From positions 1-44,538 of the forward strand of contig RXOA01000043.1 in assembly GCA_003979035.1 (NCBI GenBank): a stretch of 44,538 nt of DNA. Reading direction: 5' to 3'. The stretch is from Candidatus Bipolaricaulota bacterium. Lineage in GTDB: Bacteria > Bipolaricaulota > Bipolaricaulia > UBA7950 > UBA9294. This document shows, piece after piece, positions 6,960-15,945 of the stretch (position 1 is its first letter; the number at the start of each line of letters is the position of its first letter). The notes beneath the pieces were generated by a model. It made no database searches. It was not told the DNA's origin and saw only the letters and a program-made list of their open reading frames with translations. A program made the position numbers and the translations under genes.

Positions 6960-7289
6960 GACGCGAGTCCAGAGTGGAAATCGAGGACACAAGGCCCCCC
7001 TATTGCGACCGCAAAGCCCCGCCTGCCATGTGCCGCTGACAAGGCCGCAGTGCCAGCTGCGAACGAGGAGAGCGGAATTGCGTTTGCCGATCCCAACAGA
7101 GAACGCCCGGTTTGGCGACCGTCCACTGCAACGACTCATCCCATTTCCCTGACCCTACGACGATTGACCATGCCGGGGCAACTTCATGGTCGATTCAAGA
7201 CATCCGGCCCAATCGATCGGGGCAGTTTCCCTTGCCGCGGATCAAGAGCTGCCTGAAAATCATGCCGTACGCTGGAAGAGGGGGAGACG

Positions 7290-7757
7290 ATGTTCAACAC
7301 TGTTTGCAGGGGGAAAGCCATGTTGACGGCCGCCGTCGGCACGGGGATTCTTTGCTCCATCCTGCTCGGCGGGTGCGCCATTTTGTCGCCGCCGGCCGCC
7401 GTCGGTGGAACATGGTCCGGACAGATTACCTGGGATGCAAGCGGGTTGTGGAGTCCGTTCTCGATGACGCTTGTTCAAGATGGATCAGCAATCCAAGGCG
7501 AGGTCCGCCTCTCAGGACCGGGGGGGCAGTCGTTCGCAATTGTCGTCAACGACGGGTCAGTCGGAGGCAGGGACTTCTCCCTCGACGCCAGCGGAACGAT
7601 GAGCCTGGTCTCGCCTTCGGTGCTTGTCCAACTCGCCTTGGATGGTGAAGTGGATGACACCAGAGTCACAGGAACGGGAACTCAATGGAACGACGGTGCG
7701 CCCAATACGTTCGAATGGTTCGCCGATCTCATCGCTCCCGCCGAGCCCGATGATTAG
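7290..7757 (+). CDS. putative lipoprotein (155 aa), unknown function
   Basis: GAGGGGGAG precedes ATG 7290. The signal MFNTVCRGKAMLTAAVGTGILCSILLGG|C has a lipobox-like LLGGC (Cys29). It is transcribed divergently from the giant gene. Confidence 0.65.
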   Translation: MFNTVCRGKAMLTAAVGTGILCSILLGGCAILSPPAAVGGTWSGQITWDASGLWSPFSMTLVQDGSAIQGEVRLSGPGGQSFAIVVNDGSVGGRDFSLDASGTMSLVSPSVLVQLALDGEVDDTRVTGTGTQWNDGAPNTFEWFADLIAPAEPDD

Positions 7758-7825
7758 CGTAGCCGCAAACGGGAAACCGCTCCCACCGTGAATTCTCCGG
7801 GGATCTCCGGCTGCCGATGGTCTGA

Positions 7826-9142
7826 CTACGTTTCAGCTGCGGGGGCCGCGACAAAGACCGTAAGCGTGAACGTGTTCGAAGGGGTGTCATCCCATGCGCG
7901 TTTGTACGCAAGCTGGACCAGCGCTTGACCAGCAGCCTCACCAACGATGACGAACCGCTGGATGCCGCCGGATCCGATGCCCCCGGAAACGACATCATCC
8001 GCAAAATAGCAGCCGCTCTCTGCCCCGACGAGATCCACGATTCCCGCCGGCTCGAGCGAGATGAGCTCCCACCGGTACCCCGTCGTCGGATTCGACGGCA
8101 AATCGATGGCCAATGTCTCGCCGGGAGAAAGCATCACCGCCCGTCCGTCAGCTGCGTCGACGTCCACAATGCGAAGATCCACCGCGTCTTCGCCCGGAGT
8201 CACCGAGATCTGGTCCAAGTAGGCATACGGGTGGGCGGATCGACTCAGCTGAACCCGGACGATTCCTTCGATGCGAACCATCTTTCCTAGGTCCTCTGTC
8301 ATCTCCGGATCCAACCCGGCCGGGGTCTCCCCAACCGCGTAGATATACCAGCCATCCGCTCCAAACACCCAGCAATTGCAGCCGTCGTAGATGCAGTCCG
8401 GTGGGATGCCATCGACAAGTTCGGCCATTGCGCCGTAGTACTGCCCATCCAACTGTACGCCTCGTCCTTCATGCGCTCGCGGATCAGCGAGGATTGCCGC
8501 CAGGTCGGGGGACGCGGCCTCCGCATCGTCGCCCAATGAAACAAGGCATGCCAGCACTGCGCTGTCGTTAACGACGGCAAATGCACCTGCGGTCTCGTCG
8601 ACCTCAGAGTTGACATCATCACGGCCGCCATCTGCGTGCGGTGCTGCACGAAGTCGGAAACCTTCCGTGACAAGCATCGGATCGAGAAGCACATACGCAC
8701 CCCGAGCCAAGTACCCGGTGGTGCCGGTCTCCGGCGGCGCCTCTCCACACGGCTCAAACGGATTGTCCAAGTGCAGCGTTCCCGCTTCGGCCACGGAGCC
8801 GTCGAGATGGTGCAACGAGATCGCCACGTCAAGATCGAATCCGGTCCCCCCGAGAATCCTGTCGGACACCCACGCCGTTACATTCACTGCCGCTTGCACG
8901 ATTGCAGCCCCTGTGTCACGCTGTGCCGGCCACGTCCACTCCGCGTAGTCTCCTTCATCCGCACACCACATGCGCTCAACTTGCGTCCCCGATCCATCAA
9001 ACGCATCGGGGTCAGGCAGCGACGTACGGACCGCGGATTCGGCGACAGCCGCGACACCGGCCAAGGCAAGACACGCCATTATCCCCAGCTCGATCATCAA
9101 CAAGGCTGCCCCACGCGTTCTCCCCTTCATTGCCTTGGTCAT
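7826..9142 (-). CDS. secreted protein with C-terminal chagasin-like (I42) cysteine-protease inhibitor domain
   Basis: N-terminal signal-like MTKAMKGRTRGAALLMIELGIMACLALAGVAAVA. The last ~117 aa carry the three chagasin loop motifs: NPTTGYRW, GSGG (in GGIGSGGIQRF) and KRAW (RPW-like). The ATG at 9142 overlaps the hyuB stop as ATGA. Confidence 0.75.
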   Translation of the reverse strand: MTKAMKGRTRGAALLMIELGIMACLALAGVAAVAESAVRTSLPDPDAFDGSGTQVERMWCADEGDYAEWTWPAQRDTGAAIVQAAVNVTAWVSDRILGGTGFDLDVAISLHHLDGSVAEAGTLHLDNPFEPCGEAPPETGTTGYLARGAYVLLDPMLVTEGFRLRAAPHADGGRDDVNSEVDETAGAFAVVNDSAVLACLVSLGDDAEAASPDLAAILADPRAHEGRGVQLDGQYYGAMAELVDGIPPDCIYDGCNCWVFGADGWYIYAVGETPAGLDPEMTEDLGKMVRIEGIVRVQLSRSAHPYAYLDQISVTPGEDAVDLRIVDVDAADGRAVMLSPGETLAIDLPSNPTTGYRWELISLEPAGIVDLVGAESGCYFADDVVSGGIGSGGIQRFVIVGEAAGQALVQLAYKRAWDDTPSNTFTLTVFVAAPAAET

Positions 9143-10851
9143 CGTACGCTCCTTTCGCCGTCTTCATTCGTCTGCAATGAAATCTCCCCCACCCCTACCC
9201 GTTTCGCCGTCACGCGACCCTCGATCCGATCTCGCTCTCGGGCCATCGGGTCTCGCATCCCGATCGGTCCGAGTCCGCCGCCGCCCGGAGTCCGGATACT
9301 AAGGACATCTCCATCGCGGAGCTCCAAAACCACCTTGCCCGGAAGGGGCGTCGCCTGCGTATTGCCGTTGATCAGGAGGTTCTCCCCTGGTGCCCCGTCC
9401 TGCCCTCCGCTGATCCCGTACGGCGCATGGGTTCGACGATCGGTCAGCAACGACGCGTGAGCCGTGTGAGCCGTGGGCATCAAGTCGCGCCGCACTCCCA
9501 TTCCCCCTCGGTACATCCCATCTCCTCCACTATCGGCAATCAACTCGTATCGGACAACCCGCAGAGGGTACGCAATCTCCAACGCTTCGACCGGTGTATT
9601 CAACGTATTGGTCATATGCGTGTGGATTCCATCGATCCCATCCGATCGCGGACGCCCCCCCATGCCGCCGGCGATCGTCTCGTACAGGGCATACGGTTTC
9701 CCTGAGCGAGGATCGGCTCCGCCAATGGTCACGTTGTTCATGGTTCCCTGGCAAGCGGCCATGGAGCGCTCCGGACACAGTCTATGGATTGCTCCAAAAA
9801 GACAATCGACAATCCGCTGTGATGTTTCCAGGTTCCCGCCGACCACCGCCGCCGGTGGCAGTGCGTGTACGATCGATCCCCGCGGAGCCTTGATCGTCAA
9901 CATCCGATAGCATCCGCCATTGGGAGGAATCGATGGATCGGTTATGGCACGAAGGACGTAGTAGACGGCAGATGCCGTAACCGCTTCCACCGCGTTGATC
10001 GGACCGTCCACCTGAGGGCTCGATCCGCGAAAGTCAACGCACACTCCGTCGCCGCGGACCGCAACACGCACCGCAATGCGGATGTCCCGATGACCTCTTC
10101 CGTCATCGTCAAGGACATCCTCGAAATACGCTTCTCCATCAGGGATCCGGCGAATCTGCTCCCGCATCCTCCGCTCCGAGTAGTCTTGGATGGCCTGCAT
10201 CGCGCCGGTAAGGACCTCGGCCCCGTGACGCTGTGCCAGCGCGACCATTCTCCGAACCCCGGTGACGCATGCCGCATACTGCGCCTGAAGATCGCCTCTC
10301 CGTTCCTCGGGCGTTCGAACGTTGGCAAGGATCAGATCCAACAAATCCTCACGAATCACGCCCCTCTTCCAGAGCAGAATCGGGGGAATTCGCAGCCCTT
10401 CCTGGAAAATCTCGGTCGCATCTCCGGCGACGCTCCCCGGGCTCTTTCCCCCAATATCGGAATGGTGGGCTCGCGAGGACGCGTATCCCAGCAATCGTTC
10501 TCCGAAGAACACGGGGGCGACAAACGTCACGTCGGGAAGATGCGCTCCACCGGCGAACGGATCGTTGACCACGGCAACATCACCGTCACCGAAACACTCG
10601 ATCTTCTTCCGAACCGCGGCCACTGAGTACGGCATCGCGCCAAGATGAACGGGGATTGACTCCGCCTGTGCCACAAGTTCGCCTCCGGCATCAAACAACG
10701 CGCACGAGCAATCCCGCCGTTCCTTGATGTTCGGACCGTATGCCGTGCGAACGAGGTTCACGTTCATCTCCTCGGCCGCCGCGGCCAGCGCATGGCGGAT
10801 GACTTCGAGTGTGATCGGATCCACATGCTGTTCGTCGACGTCCTGTCTCAT
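9139..10851 (-). CDS. hyuB: hydantoinase B / oxoprolinase family protein
   Basis: DPITLEVIRHALAAAAEEMNVNLVRTAYGPNIKERRDCSCALFD is typical of the Hydantoinase_B N-terminus. The start is set at ATG 10851, which overlaps the hyuA stop as ATGA (plus strand tcat at 10848-10851). The ORF track extends 25 codons further. Confidence 0.85.
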   Translation of the reverse strand: MRQDVDEQHVDPITLEVIRHALAAAAEEMNVNLVRTAYGPNIKERRDCSCALFDAGGELVAQAESIPVHLGAMPYSVAAVRKKIECFGDGDVAVVNDPFAGGAHLPDVTFVAPVFFGERLLGYASSRAHHSDIGGKSPGSVAGDATEIFQEGLRIPPILLWKRGVIREDLLDLILANVRTPEERRGDLQAQYAACVTGVRRMVALAQRHGAEVLTGAMQAIQDYSERRMREQIRRIPDGEAYFEDVLDDDGRGHRDIRIAVRVAVRGDGVCVDFRGSSPQVDGPINAVEAVTASAVYYVLRAITDPSIPPNGGCYRMLTIKAPRGSIVHALPPAAVVGGNLETSQRIVDCLFGAIHRLCPERSMAACQGTMNNVTIGGADPRSGKPYALYETIAGGMGGRPRSDGIDGIHTHMTNTLNTPVEALEIAYPLRVVRYELIADSGGDGMYRGGMGVRRDLMPTAHTAHASLLTDRRTHAPYGISGGQDGAPGENLLINGNTQATPLPGKVVLELRDGDVLSIRTPGGGGLGPIGMRDPMARERDRIEGRVTAKRVGVGEISLQTNEDGERSVR

Positions 10852-13010
10852 CCCGGTGCCTCCGCGCCCTGAATCCGCGTCGGATAGAGCAGGAGGTTCC
10901 CGGCTCCGTCGTCCACGGCCTCCCAATTCGGAGGAACGATTGTCGTTGCGTCATCGCTCAGCAACACCGCAGGCCCCAGGAGCCGTCTCCCCGGCAGCAG
11001 AACCCTGCGCTCGACGAACGGCGTTTGCCTCTGAGTCGGTCCTTGATCGCCACGGAACCAGGCGTTGCCGCAACCCAGTGTCGGAAGTTCCGCGTCGCTC
11101 AAGACCGGGAGTCCCTCGATTTCCTCACCCAACAAGAAGCTCGATGCTGCTTGCTGCCGATCATCGGCACGAGCAACGGCACGGACGCGGACCGATACAA
11201 CCTCGACACCCGTCTCCCATGCAGCATAGCCGTACCGTTCATGGTGGGCTTCATGAAATCGACGCTCCGCCGTGTCTGCAAGCGCGGCCAATCCTTCTCG
11301 AACCTCGCTCTCCGTCCCGCGCACCAGCTTCAGTGACAACTCATGTGCCTGACCGACATAGCGAAGATCACAAAGCAATTCGAAACCGATCTCCCGGCAA
11401 AGTGGCTCATCTTCGGCAAATCGACTCCGTGCCTGGTCAAGAAGGCGTACCGCTCCCGCGAGCAGCCGGTCCCCACACGAGCGCAGCGGTGCTACGATCC
11501 CTTGACTGAAATCGTAGCCTGTGCGCCCGGCCAGCAGCCCGTACGCAGAGAGAACGCCGGCCATCGAGGGAATGATGGCACACCTGATCCCCAGCCGCGC
11601 GGCAAGGCTTGCCGCGTGAAGAGGGCCGGCCCCGCCGAATGCCGCAAGCGCGAACTCCCGCGGATCATGACCACGTTCCACCGAGATGACGCGTATCGCC
11701 CCTTCCATGGCTGCATCCGCCACCTCGAGAATTCCAAGGGCGGTCCTCTCCAAGGGAAGTTCGAGCTTCTGTGCGAGCGTGTTGACGGCCCGTGTGGCCG
11801 CATCGGCATCCAGGTTCGGAAGTCCGCCAAGAGGATGATCGGGATGAAGATGCCCCAGCACAAGATGCGCATCCGTGACCGTCGGCTCGGCGCCGCCGCT
11901 CCCATAGCAAGCCGGCCCGGGATCAGCGCCTGCGCTCTGCGGTCCGATCCGAAGCGAGCCGCCATCATCAACCCAGGCGATGCTTCCGCCTCCCGCCCCG
12001 ATGGTGTGAATGTCGACCATCGGCAACGCGACCCGGTATCCGCCGATCATTCCTTCCGTGGTATACGCGGCTTCGCCATCACGAACGAGTGAAACGTCGC
12101 AGCTCGTCCCGCCCATATCCAACGCGATCAGATCGTCGATCCCCATTGCACGGCCAACTTGGATCGCGCCTTCAACACCTCCGGCGGGGCCGGACAGCAG
12201 CAGGCGCACCGGCTGCTCGCAGGCACGAGCAACGCTTGTCACGGCACCACTTGATTGCATGACTTGCCACGGACATTCCATACCCAGCCCGCGGCTTCGT
12301 TCGTGGAGTTCGGTCAGGTAGGCGCGCACCCGAGGCGCCAGCGCCGCGTTGATCACAGTGGTCGAAGTCCTCTCGTACTCGCGAAACTCAGGCACCAACT
12401 CCGAAGAAAGCGTCACCGGAACGCCAATCGACGATCGCAGAACTTCCCCGATCCTTTGCTCGTGCGCAGGTTCGAGGTACGAGAACAACAAACAAACAGC
12501 AACCGCTTCCACGGCCTGCTCGCTCAGGGAAGCCACAAGCAGGCTGAGCGAGGCCTCGTCAAGCGGCATCAGAATCATACCGTCACTGGCAACCCGTTCC
12601 GCGATTTCTCGCCGTAGATCCCTCGGAACAATCGGCGTCGGTCTGCCGACATCAAGATCGTACAACGAAGATCGATTCTGGCGCCCGATCTCGAGAACGT
12701 CGCGAAACCCCTCGGTGGTGACAAGCGCGGTGCGCGCCCACTTCCCCTCAAGGAGTGCATTGGTCGCCACGGTCGAGCCATGCGCTATCCGGACCACATC
12801 GTTCGCAGAAAGCGCCGCACTTCCGGCGCGACAGAGGTTTGCCAGTCCGGACAAAACGGCTTCGGCGGGAGCGCTCGGCGTTGACGTGAACTTGTAGCGC
12901 CCGAACTGCCCATCCCGAAACACCACCACATCGACGAACGTTCCGCCTATGTCGATCCCCATTGTCGTGGCCATCGCCCGAGTATAGCCATCCTCCGCCA
13001 GAATCGACAA
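10848..13010 (-). CDS. hyuA: hydantoinase A / oxoprolinase family protein
   Basis: MGIDIGGTFVDVVVF is an actin-fold ATPase N-terminus, and length (~700 aa) fits HyuA. The longest ORF starts at TTG 13010. ATG 12974 (MATTMGIDIGG) is an equally plausible start. Confidence 0.85.
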   Translation of the reverse strand: MSILAEDGYTRAMATTMGIDIGGTFVDVVVFRDGQFGRYKFTSTPSAPAEAVLSGLANLCRAGSAALSANDVVRIAHGSTVATNALLEGKWARTALVTTEGFRDVLEIGRQNRSSLYDLDVGRPTPIVPRDLRREIAERVASDGMILMPLDEASLSLLVASLSEQAVEAVAVCLLFSYLEPAHEQRIGEVLRSSIGVPVTLSSELVPEFREYERTSTTVINAALAPRVRAYLTELHERSRGLGMECPWQVMQSSGAVTSVARACEQPVRLLLSGPAGGVEGAIQVGRAMGIDDLIALDMGGTSCDVSLVRDGEAAYTTEGMIGGYRVALPMVDIHTIGAGGGSIAWVDDGGSLRIGPQSAGADPGPACYGSGGAEPTVTDAHLVLGHLHPDHPLGGLPNLDADAATRAVNTLAQKLELPLERTALGILEVADAAMEGAIRVISVERGHDPREFALAAFGGAGPLHAASLAARLGIRCAIIPSMAGVLSAYGLLAGRTGYDFSQGIVAPLRSCGDRLLAGAVRLLDQARSRFAEDEPLCREIGFELLCDLRYVGQAHELSLKLVRGTESEVREGLAALADTAERRFHEAHHERYGYAAWETGVEVVSVRVRAVARADDRQQAASSFLLGEEIEGLPVLSDAELPTLGCGNAWFRGDQGPTQRQTPFVERRVLLPGRRLLGPAVLLSDDATTIVPPNWEAVDDGAGNLLLYPTRIQGAEAPG

Positions 13011-13284
13011 CGCTCAAGGTAAATAGAGTAGACGTACGGACATTGCCGTCACCTTGCCGAGCGTCGTTCACAAGAAGGCCCCACGCGAACCCCGGGTTGC
13101 GGCTGCATTGCAGCGAAACCATCACCGCGACCGCCCCGGCGGCGTGCCCGCCTTCAGCGACAGGGACACCGCGCACATCGAGCGTTTCCGCAATCCCTAC
13201 ATGCGTAGGCTGCATGCCCACGACCAGAAGTCGCGCGGAAACGGCGGGCCGAATCACCTGCGTGATGTGTCGAGCGTCGCTCCT

Positions 13285-13304
13285 CACGCACGCACGCACG
13301 CACG
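13285..13304. repeat. (CACG)5 tetranucleotide microsatellite
   Basis: Read directly in the hyuA-tdh intergenic region. Confidence 0.9.
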
Positions 13305-13465
13305 TAACTTGAACGCGTCCCGCACAACACGGCCAAGATGCAGACCGAGCCGAATCGCCAACGATCGCGGCGATCGCCTGCAACGTGAACGATGTTGCTC
13401 GTCCTCACCGTTCCGCTCGCGTACAATCTCCGCGTTCATCCAAGGAGACAAGACAGGAGGAAGCT

Positions 13466-14449
13466 TTGGGCAACACGAAACGCATCTTGGTGACCGGCGC
13501 CGTGGGGCAGATCGGCTCGGAGCTGACGCTCGCACTCCGAGACCGCTATGGGTCGGAAAACGTCGTTGCAGCAGGACACCGTTCTCAGCCCAGCCCCGTG
13601 CTGCGGGATTCAGGGCCGTTCACATGGATCGATGTCACGGATCGTTCGCAGTTGAAAGCGGCCGTTGTCGACTACAAGATCAACACGATCTATCACATGT
13701 CGGCTATCCTTTCCGCCGTCGGTGAGAAGAAGCCTCAGCTGGCGTGGGAAGTCAATATCGATGGACTGACCAACGTTCTTGAGGTCGCCCGAGAGCTCAA
13801 CACCGATCAGGTCTTCCTCCCCAGTTCAATCGCCGTGTTCGGACCGGAGACACCTCGCGATTGCGCTCCCCAGAACACGGTCTTGCGGCCAACGACCATG
13901 TATGGCGTCACGAAGGTCGCTGGAGAGCTTCTGTGCAAGTACTACGTCGAGCGTTTTGGGATGGACATTCGAGGCCTTCGCTATCCCGGCATTATCTCCA
14001 GCGAGACCCTCCCGGGAGGAGGGACAACGGACTACGCCGTGGCGATCTTCTACGCTGCCGTCGCCGGCAAGCCCTACGTGTGCTTCGTTCGTGAAGACAC
14101 GGTCCTTCCGATGATGTACATGCCGGATTGCATCAAAGCGACCATCGATCTGATGGAAGCCGACCGATCCCGGCTGTCCCGTCACGCCGACTTCAACATC
14201 GCCGCACTCAGTTTCTCCGCAAGCGCGCTTGCGGCGGAGATCGGCAAGCTTGTCCCCGGGTTCACCTGTACGTATGAGCCAGATTTCCGGCAGCGAATCG
14301 CCGACTCTTGGCCCAAAGCCGTGGATGATTCCGCTGCTCGGAAGCAGTGGGATTGGCAACCCGACTACGATCTTCCTTCCATGACAAGGGACATGATTGA
14401 TCGACTCTCGGAGCGGGCTCGACGAGGTGACCTTCCGGACGCCACCTAA
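13466..14449 (+). CDS. tdh: L-threonine 3-dehydrogenase, short-chain/epimerase type
   Basis: Rossmann motif ILVTGAVGQIGSEL plus YHMSAILSAVGEKKP, MYGVTKVAGELLCKYY (YxxxK) and RYPGIISSETLPGGGTTDYAV are typical of UDP-glucose-4-epimerase-like TDH. AGGAGG at 13455-13460 lies 5 nt before TTG 13466; the ORF-track GTG 13385 is probably too long. Confidence 0.7.
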   Translation: MGNTKRILVTGAVGQIGSELTLALRDRYGSENVVAAGHRSQPSPVLRDSGPFTWIDVTDRSQLKAAVVDYKINTIYHMSAILSAVGEKKPQLAWEVNIDGLTNVLEVARELNTDQVFLPSSIAVFGPETPRDCAPQNTVLRPTTMYGVTKVAGELLCKYYVERFGMDIRGLRYPGIISSETLPGGGTTDYAVAIFYAAVAGKPYVCFVREDTVLPMMYMPDCIKATIDLMEADRSRLSRHADFNIAALSFSASALAAEIGKLVPGFTCTYEPDFRQRIADSWPKAVDDSAARKQWDWQPDYDLPSMTRDMIDRLSERARRGDLPDAT

Positions 14450-14546
14450 GGGCGATCTGCCAGGATCCCGCCTCGGACCATCCGCTGAGGTCGCCCGGGC
14501 AAATCCGTGCCCCCTTGCGTGCGGACCCCAATTGTCGAAGAAAGCG

Positions 14547-14580
14547 AGAAGCCGCTGATCTTTGAAGATCAGCGGCTTCT
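14547..14580. terminator. bidirectional intrinsic terminator (tdh / rplQ)
   Basis: agaagccgctgatct-ttga-agatcagcggcttct forms a perfect 15-bp stem with T-rich flanks on both strands. It lies between convergent genes. Confidence 0.7.
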
Positions 14581-14642
14581 TCCCATTTGCTTCTTGACGT
14601 CGGACTCGGTCTTCCCGAATCCGGACGCTTGAGCGTCTGCTG

Positions 14643-14993
14643 CTAGACCAGCATCAGACGAGCGAGTTCAGCACCATCGCCTTGCCTGGGTCCAAGCTTC
14701 AAGACACGTGTATACCCGCCTTGCCGATCCGCGAACCTTGGCCCCACTTCCTCGAATAGCTTGTCCACCGCCGCCTTGTCCTGCAAGCGAGAGAATGCGA
14801 TTCGGCGAGCATGCAAATCGCCCCTCCGCGCCAGCGTGATCAGCCGCTCGGAATAGCGCTGCGTTGCCTTTGCCCGCGCCAGTGTCGTGTCCACCTTGTC
14901 GTAGAGAATGAGCCCCACGGAAAGGTTTGCAAGGACGCTCTCGCGACGAGCCTTGACCATCCCCAGCTTCTCCGTGTCTTGTCTATGCCGCAT
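14643..14993 (-). CDS. rplQ: 50S ribosomal protein L17
   Basis: N-terminus MRHRQDTEKLG and GGYTRVLKLGPRQGDGAE. It is the last gene of the alpha operon. Confidence 0.95.
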   Translation of the reverse strand: MRHRQDTEKLGMVKARRESVLANLSVGLILYDKVDTTLARAKATQRYSERLITLARRGDLHARRIAFSRLQDKAAVDKLFEEVGPRFADRQGGYTRVLKLGPRQGDGAELARLMLV

Positions 14994-15936
14994 CTCGCAT
15001 CTCCTCTTCGCTTCTCAACTCGTAATCCAGCTCTCGCAGGCGTTCCTCGACACGGCCGAGGGTCTTGGCGCCGAATCCGTGGATATCGAGAAGTTCTTCG
15101 CGCGGGTGCGACAACAGGTCGCCAAGCGTCACGATTTCAGCTTCACGCAGCAAGTTGCACGCACGAGGATCGATATCCAGGTCCGTGAGCAAGATTGCCA
15201 GCCTGCCATCTTCCTCGGGAGTCGATTCTACCAACTCGACCCCAAACGGATGCGCGGCGAAGTCAGAGAACATCGATAGATGATGGGAGAGGATTTTCGC
15301 CGCTTCCGAAATCGCCTCCTCGGGGCGGATCCCGCCGTTCGTCGACACCTCCATCGTCAGCCGCTCATACCCACTCAGACCGCCCACGCGCGTTTCCTCG
15401 ACCGTGAAGTTCACCTTGCGCACGGGAGAGAAGTCGGCATCAATCGGAATGACGGAAATCGCTCCATCGGCAAGCTTGTTCAATTCGGATGTCCGATAAC
15501 CGTAGCCGGTCTCAACCTCAAGCTCCAACTCCAGTACGGCATTGCCGTTCAAGGTCGCAAGGCGGAGGTCGGGGTTGATCACTTCCACTCCAGGTGGGAG
15601 CACCAAGTCCGCAGCGGTCACTTCGCACGGGCCCGTCTTCTCCATGGTGAGTCGCTTCACGTCCTCGCCATGGGCCCTGAGCCCAATCGACTTGATGTTC
15701 AAGATGATTTCCAAGATATCTTCTTGAACGCCATCGATCGTGTCGTATTCGTGGTACTTGCCGGCAAACATCACACGTACAACGGCCGCACCGGGAATCG
15801 CGGACAGCAGCGTCCGTCGCATGCTGTTCCCAAGCGTCGTTGCCATCCCCCGCTCCAGCGGAGAGATCACGATCTTCCCGTACGTGTCGCCGAGTTCCAC
15901 CGCTTGGATCTTGTCCGGGAAAACCAGTCCGTCCAT
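14983..15936 (-). CDS. rpoA: DNA-directed RNA polymerase subunit alpha
   Basis: 317 aa with LERGMATTLGNSMRRTLLS and a C-terminal domain containing LTDLDIDPRACNLLREAEI. GGAGGGG precedes the ATG. Confidence 0.95.
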   Translation of the reverse strand: MDGLVFPDKIQAVELGDTYGKIVISPLERGMATTLGNSMRRTLLSAIPGAAVVRVMFAGKYHEYDTIDGVQEDILEIILNIKSIGLRAHGEDVKRLTMEKTGPCEVTAADLVLPPGVEVINPDLRLATLNGNAVLELELEVETGYGYRTSELNKLADGAISVIPIDADFSPVRKVNFTVEETRVGGLSGYERLTMEVSTNGGIRPEEAISEAAKILSHHLSMFSDFAAHPFGVELVESTPEEDGRLAILLTDLDIDPRACNLLREAEIVTLGDLLSHPREELLDIHGFGAKTLGRVEERLRELDYELRSEEEMRDAA

Positions 15937-15945
15937 GTGCCCCTC

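Noticed and set aside
7005-7025. Second GEMM-like fragment (gaccgcaaagccccgcc) on the plus strand upstream of the lipoprotein gene
   Set aside because: Only the ACGCAAAGCC-like decamer matches, at 9 of 10 positions. There is no GGCAAACC element, no GNRA loop and no P1 pairing upstream, and that upstream sequence lies within the giant gene's leader on the other strand.
7035-7060. TGGCAC (minus strand) as a sigma54 -24 element for the giant gene
   Set aside because: The expected TTGC -12 element is not at the required spacing: the sequence is TGGCAC-tgcggcc-TTGTCA, 2 nt off.
13100-13300. Minus-strand frame reading ...ARLLVVGMQPTHVGIAETLDVRGVPVAEGGHAAGAVAVMV..., vaguely like the C-terminus of Asp/Glu/hydantoin racemases (a possible relic next to hyuAB)
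   Set aside because: The similarity is short and from memory only, and the catalytic GC(A/T)GM Cys is missing. The frame has no stop before running into hyuA, and there is no room for a full gene. It is worth a blastx but is not supportable as a pseudogene call.
13385-13465. N-terminal extensions given by the ORF track (tdh 13385, rplO 20904, rplN 24179, rpsM 17341, rpsN 22907, rplE 23442, rplD 28089, fusA 31113, rpsL 31966, FmdB 37393, hyuB 10926, permease 43378, giant gene 6990)
   Set aside because: Longest-ORF artefacts. In each case an internal start with a proper SD, an operon stop/start overlap, and the canonical N-terminus or length of the family fits better.
14633-14646. Small hairpin gacgc-ttga-gcgtc just before the rplQ stop
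   Set aside because: The stem is only 5 bp with no U-tract. The 15-bp hairpin at 14547-14580 explains termination.
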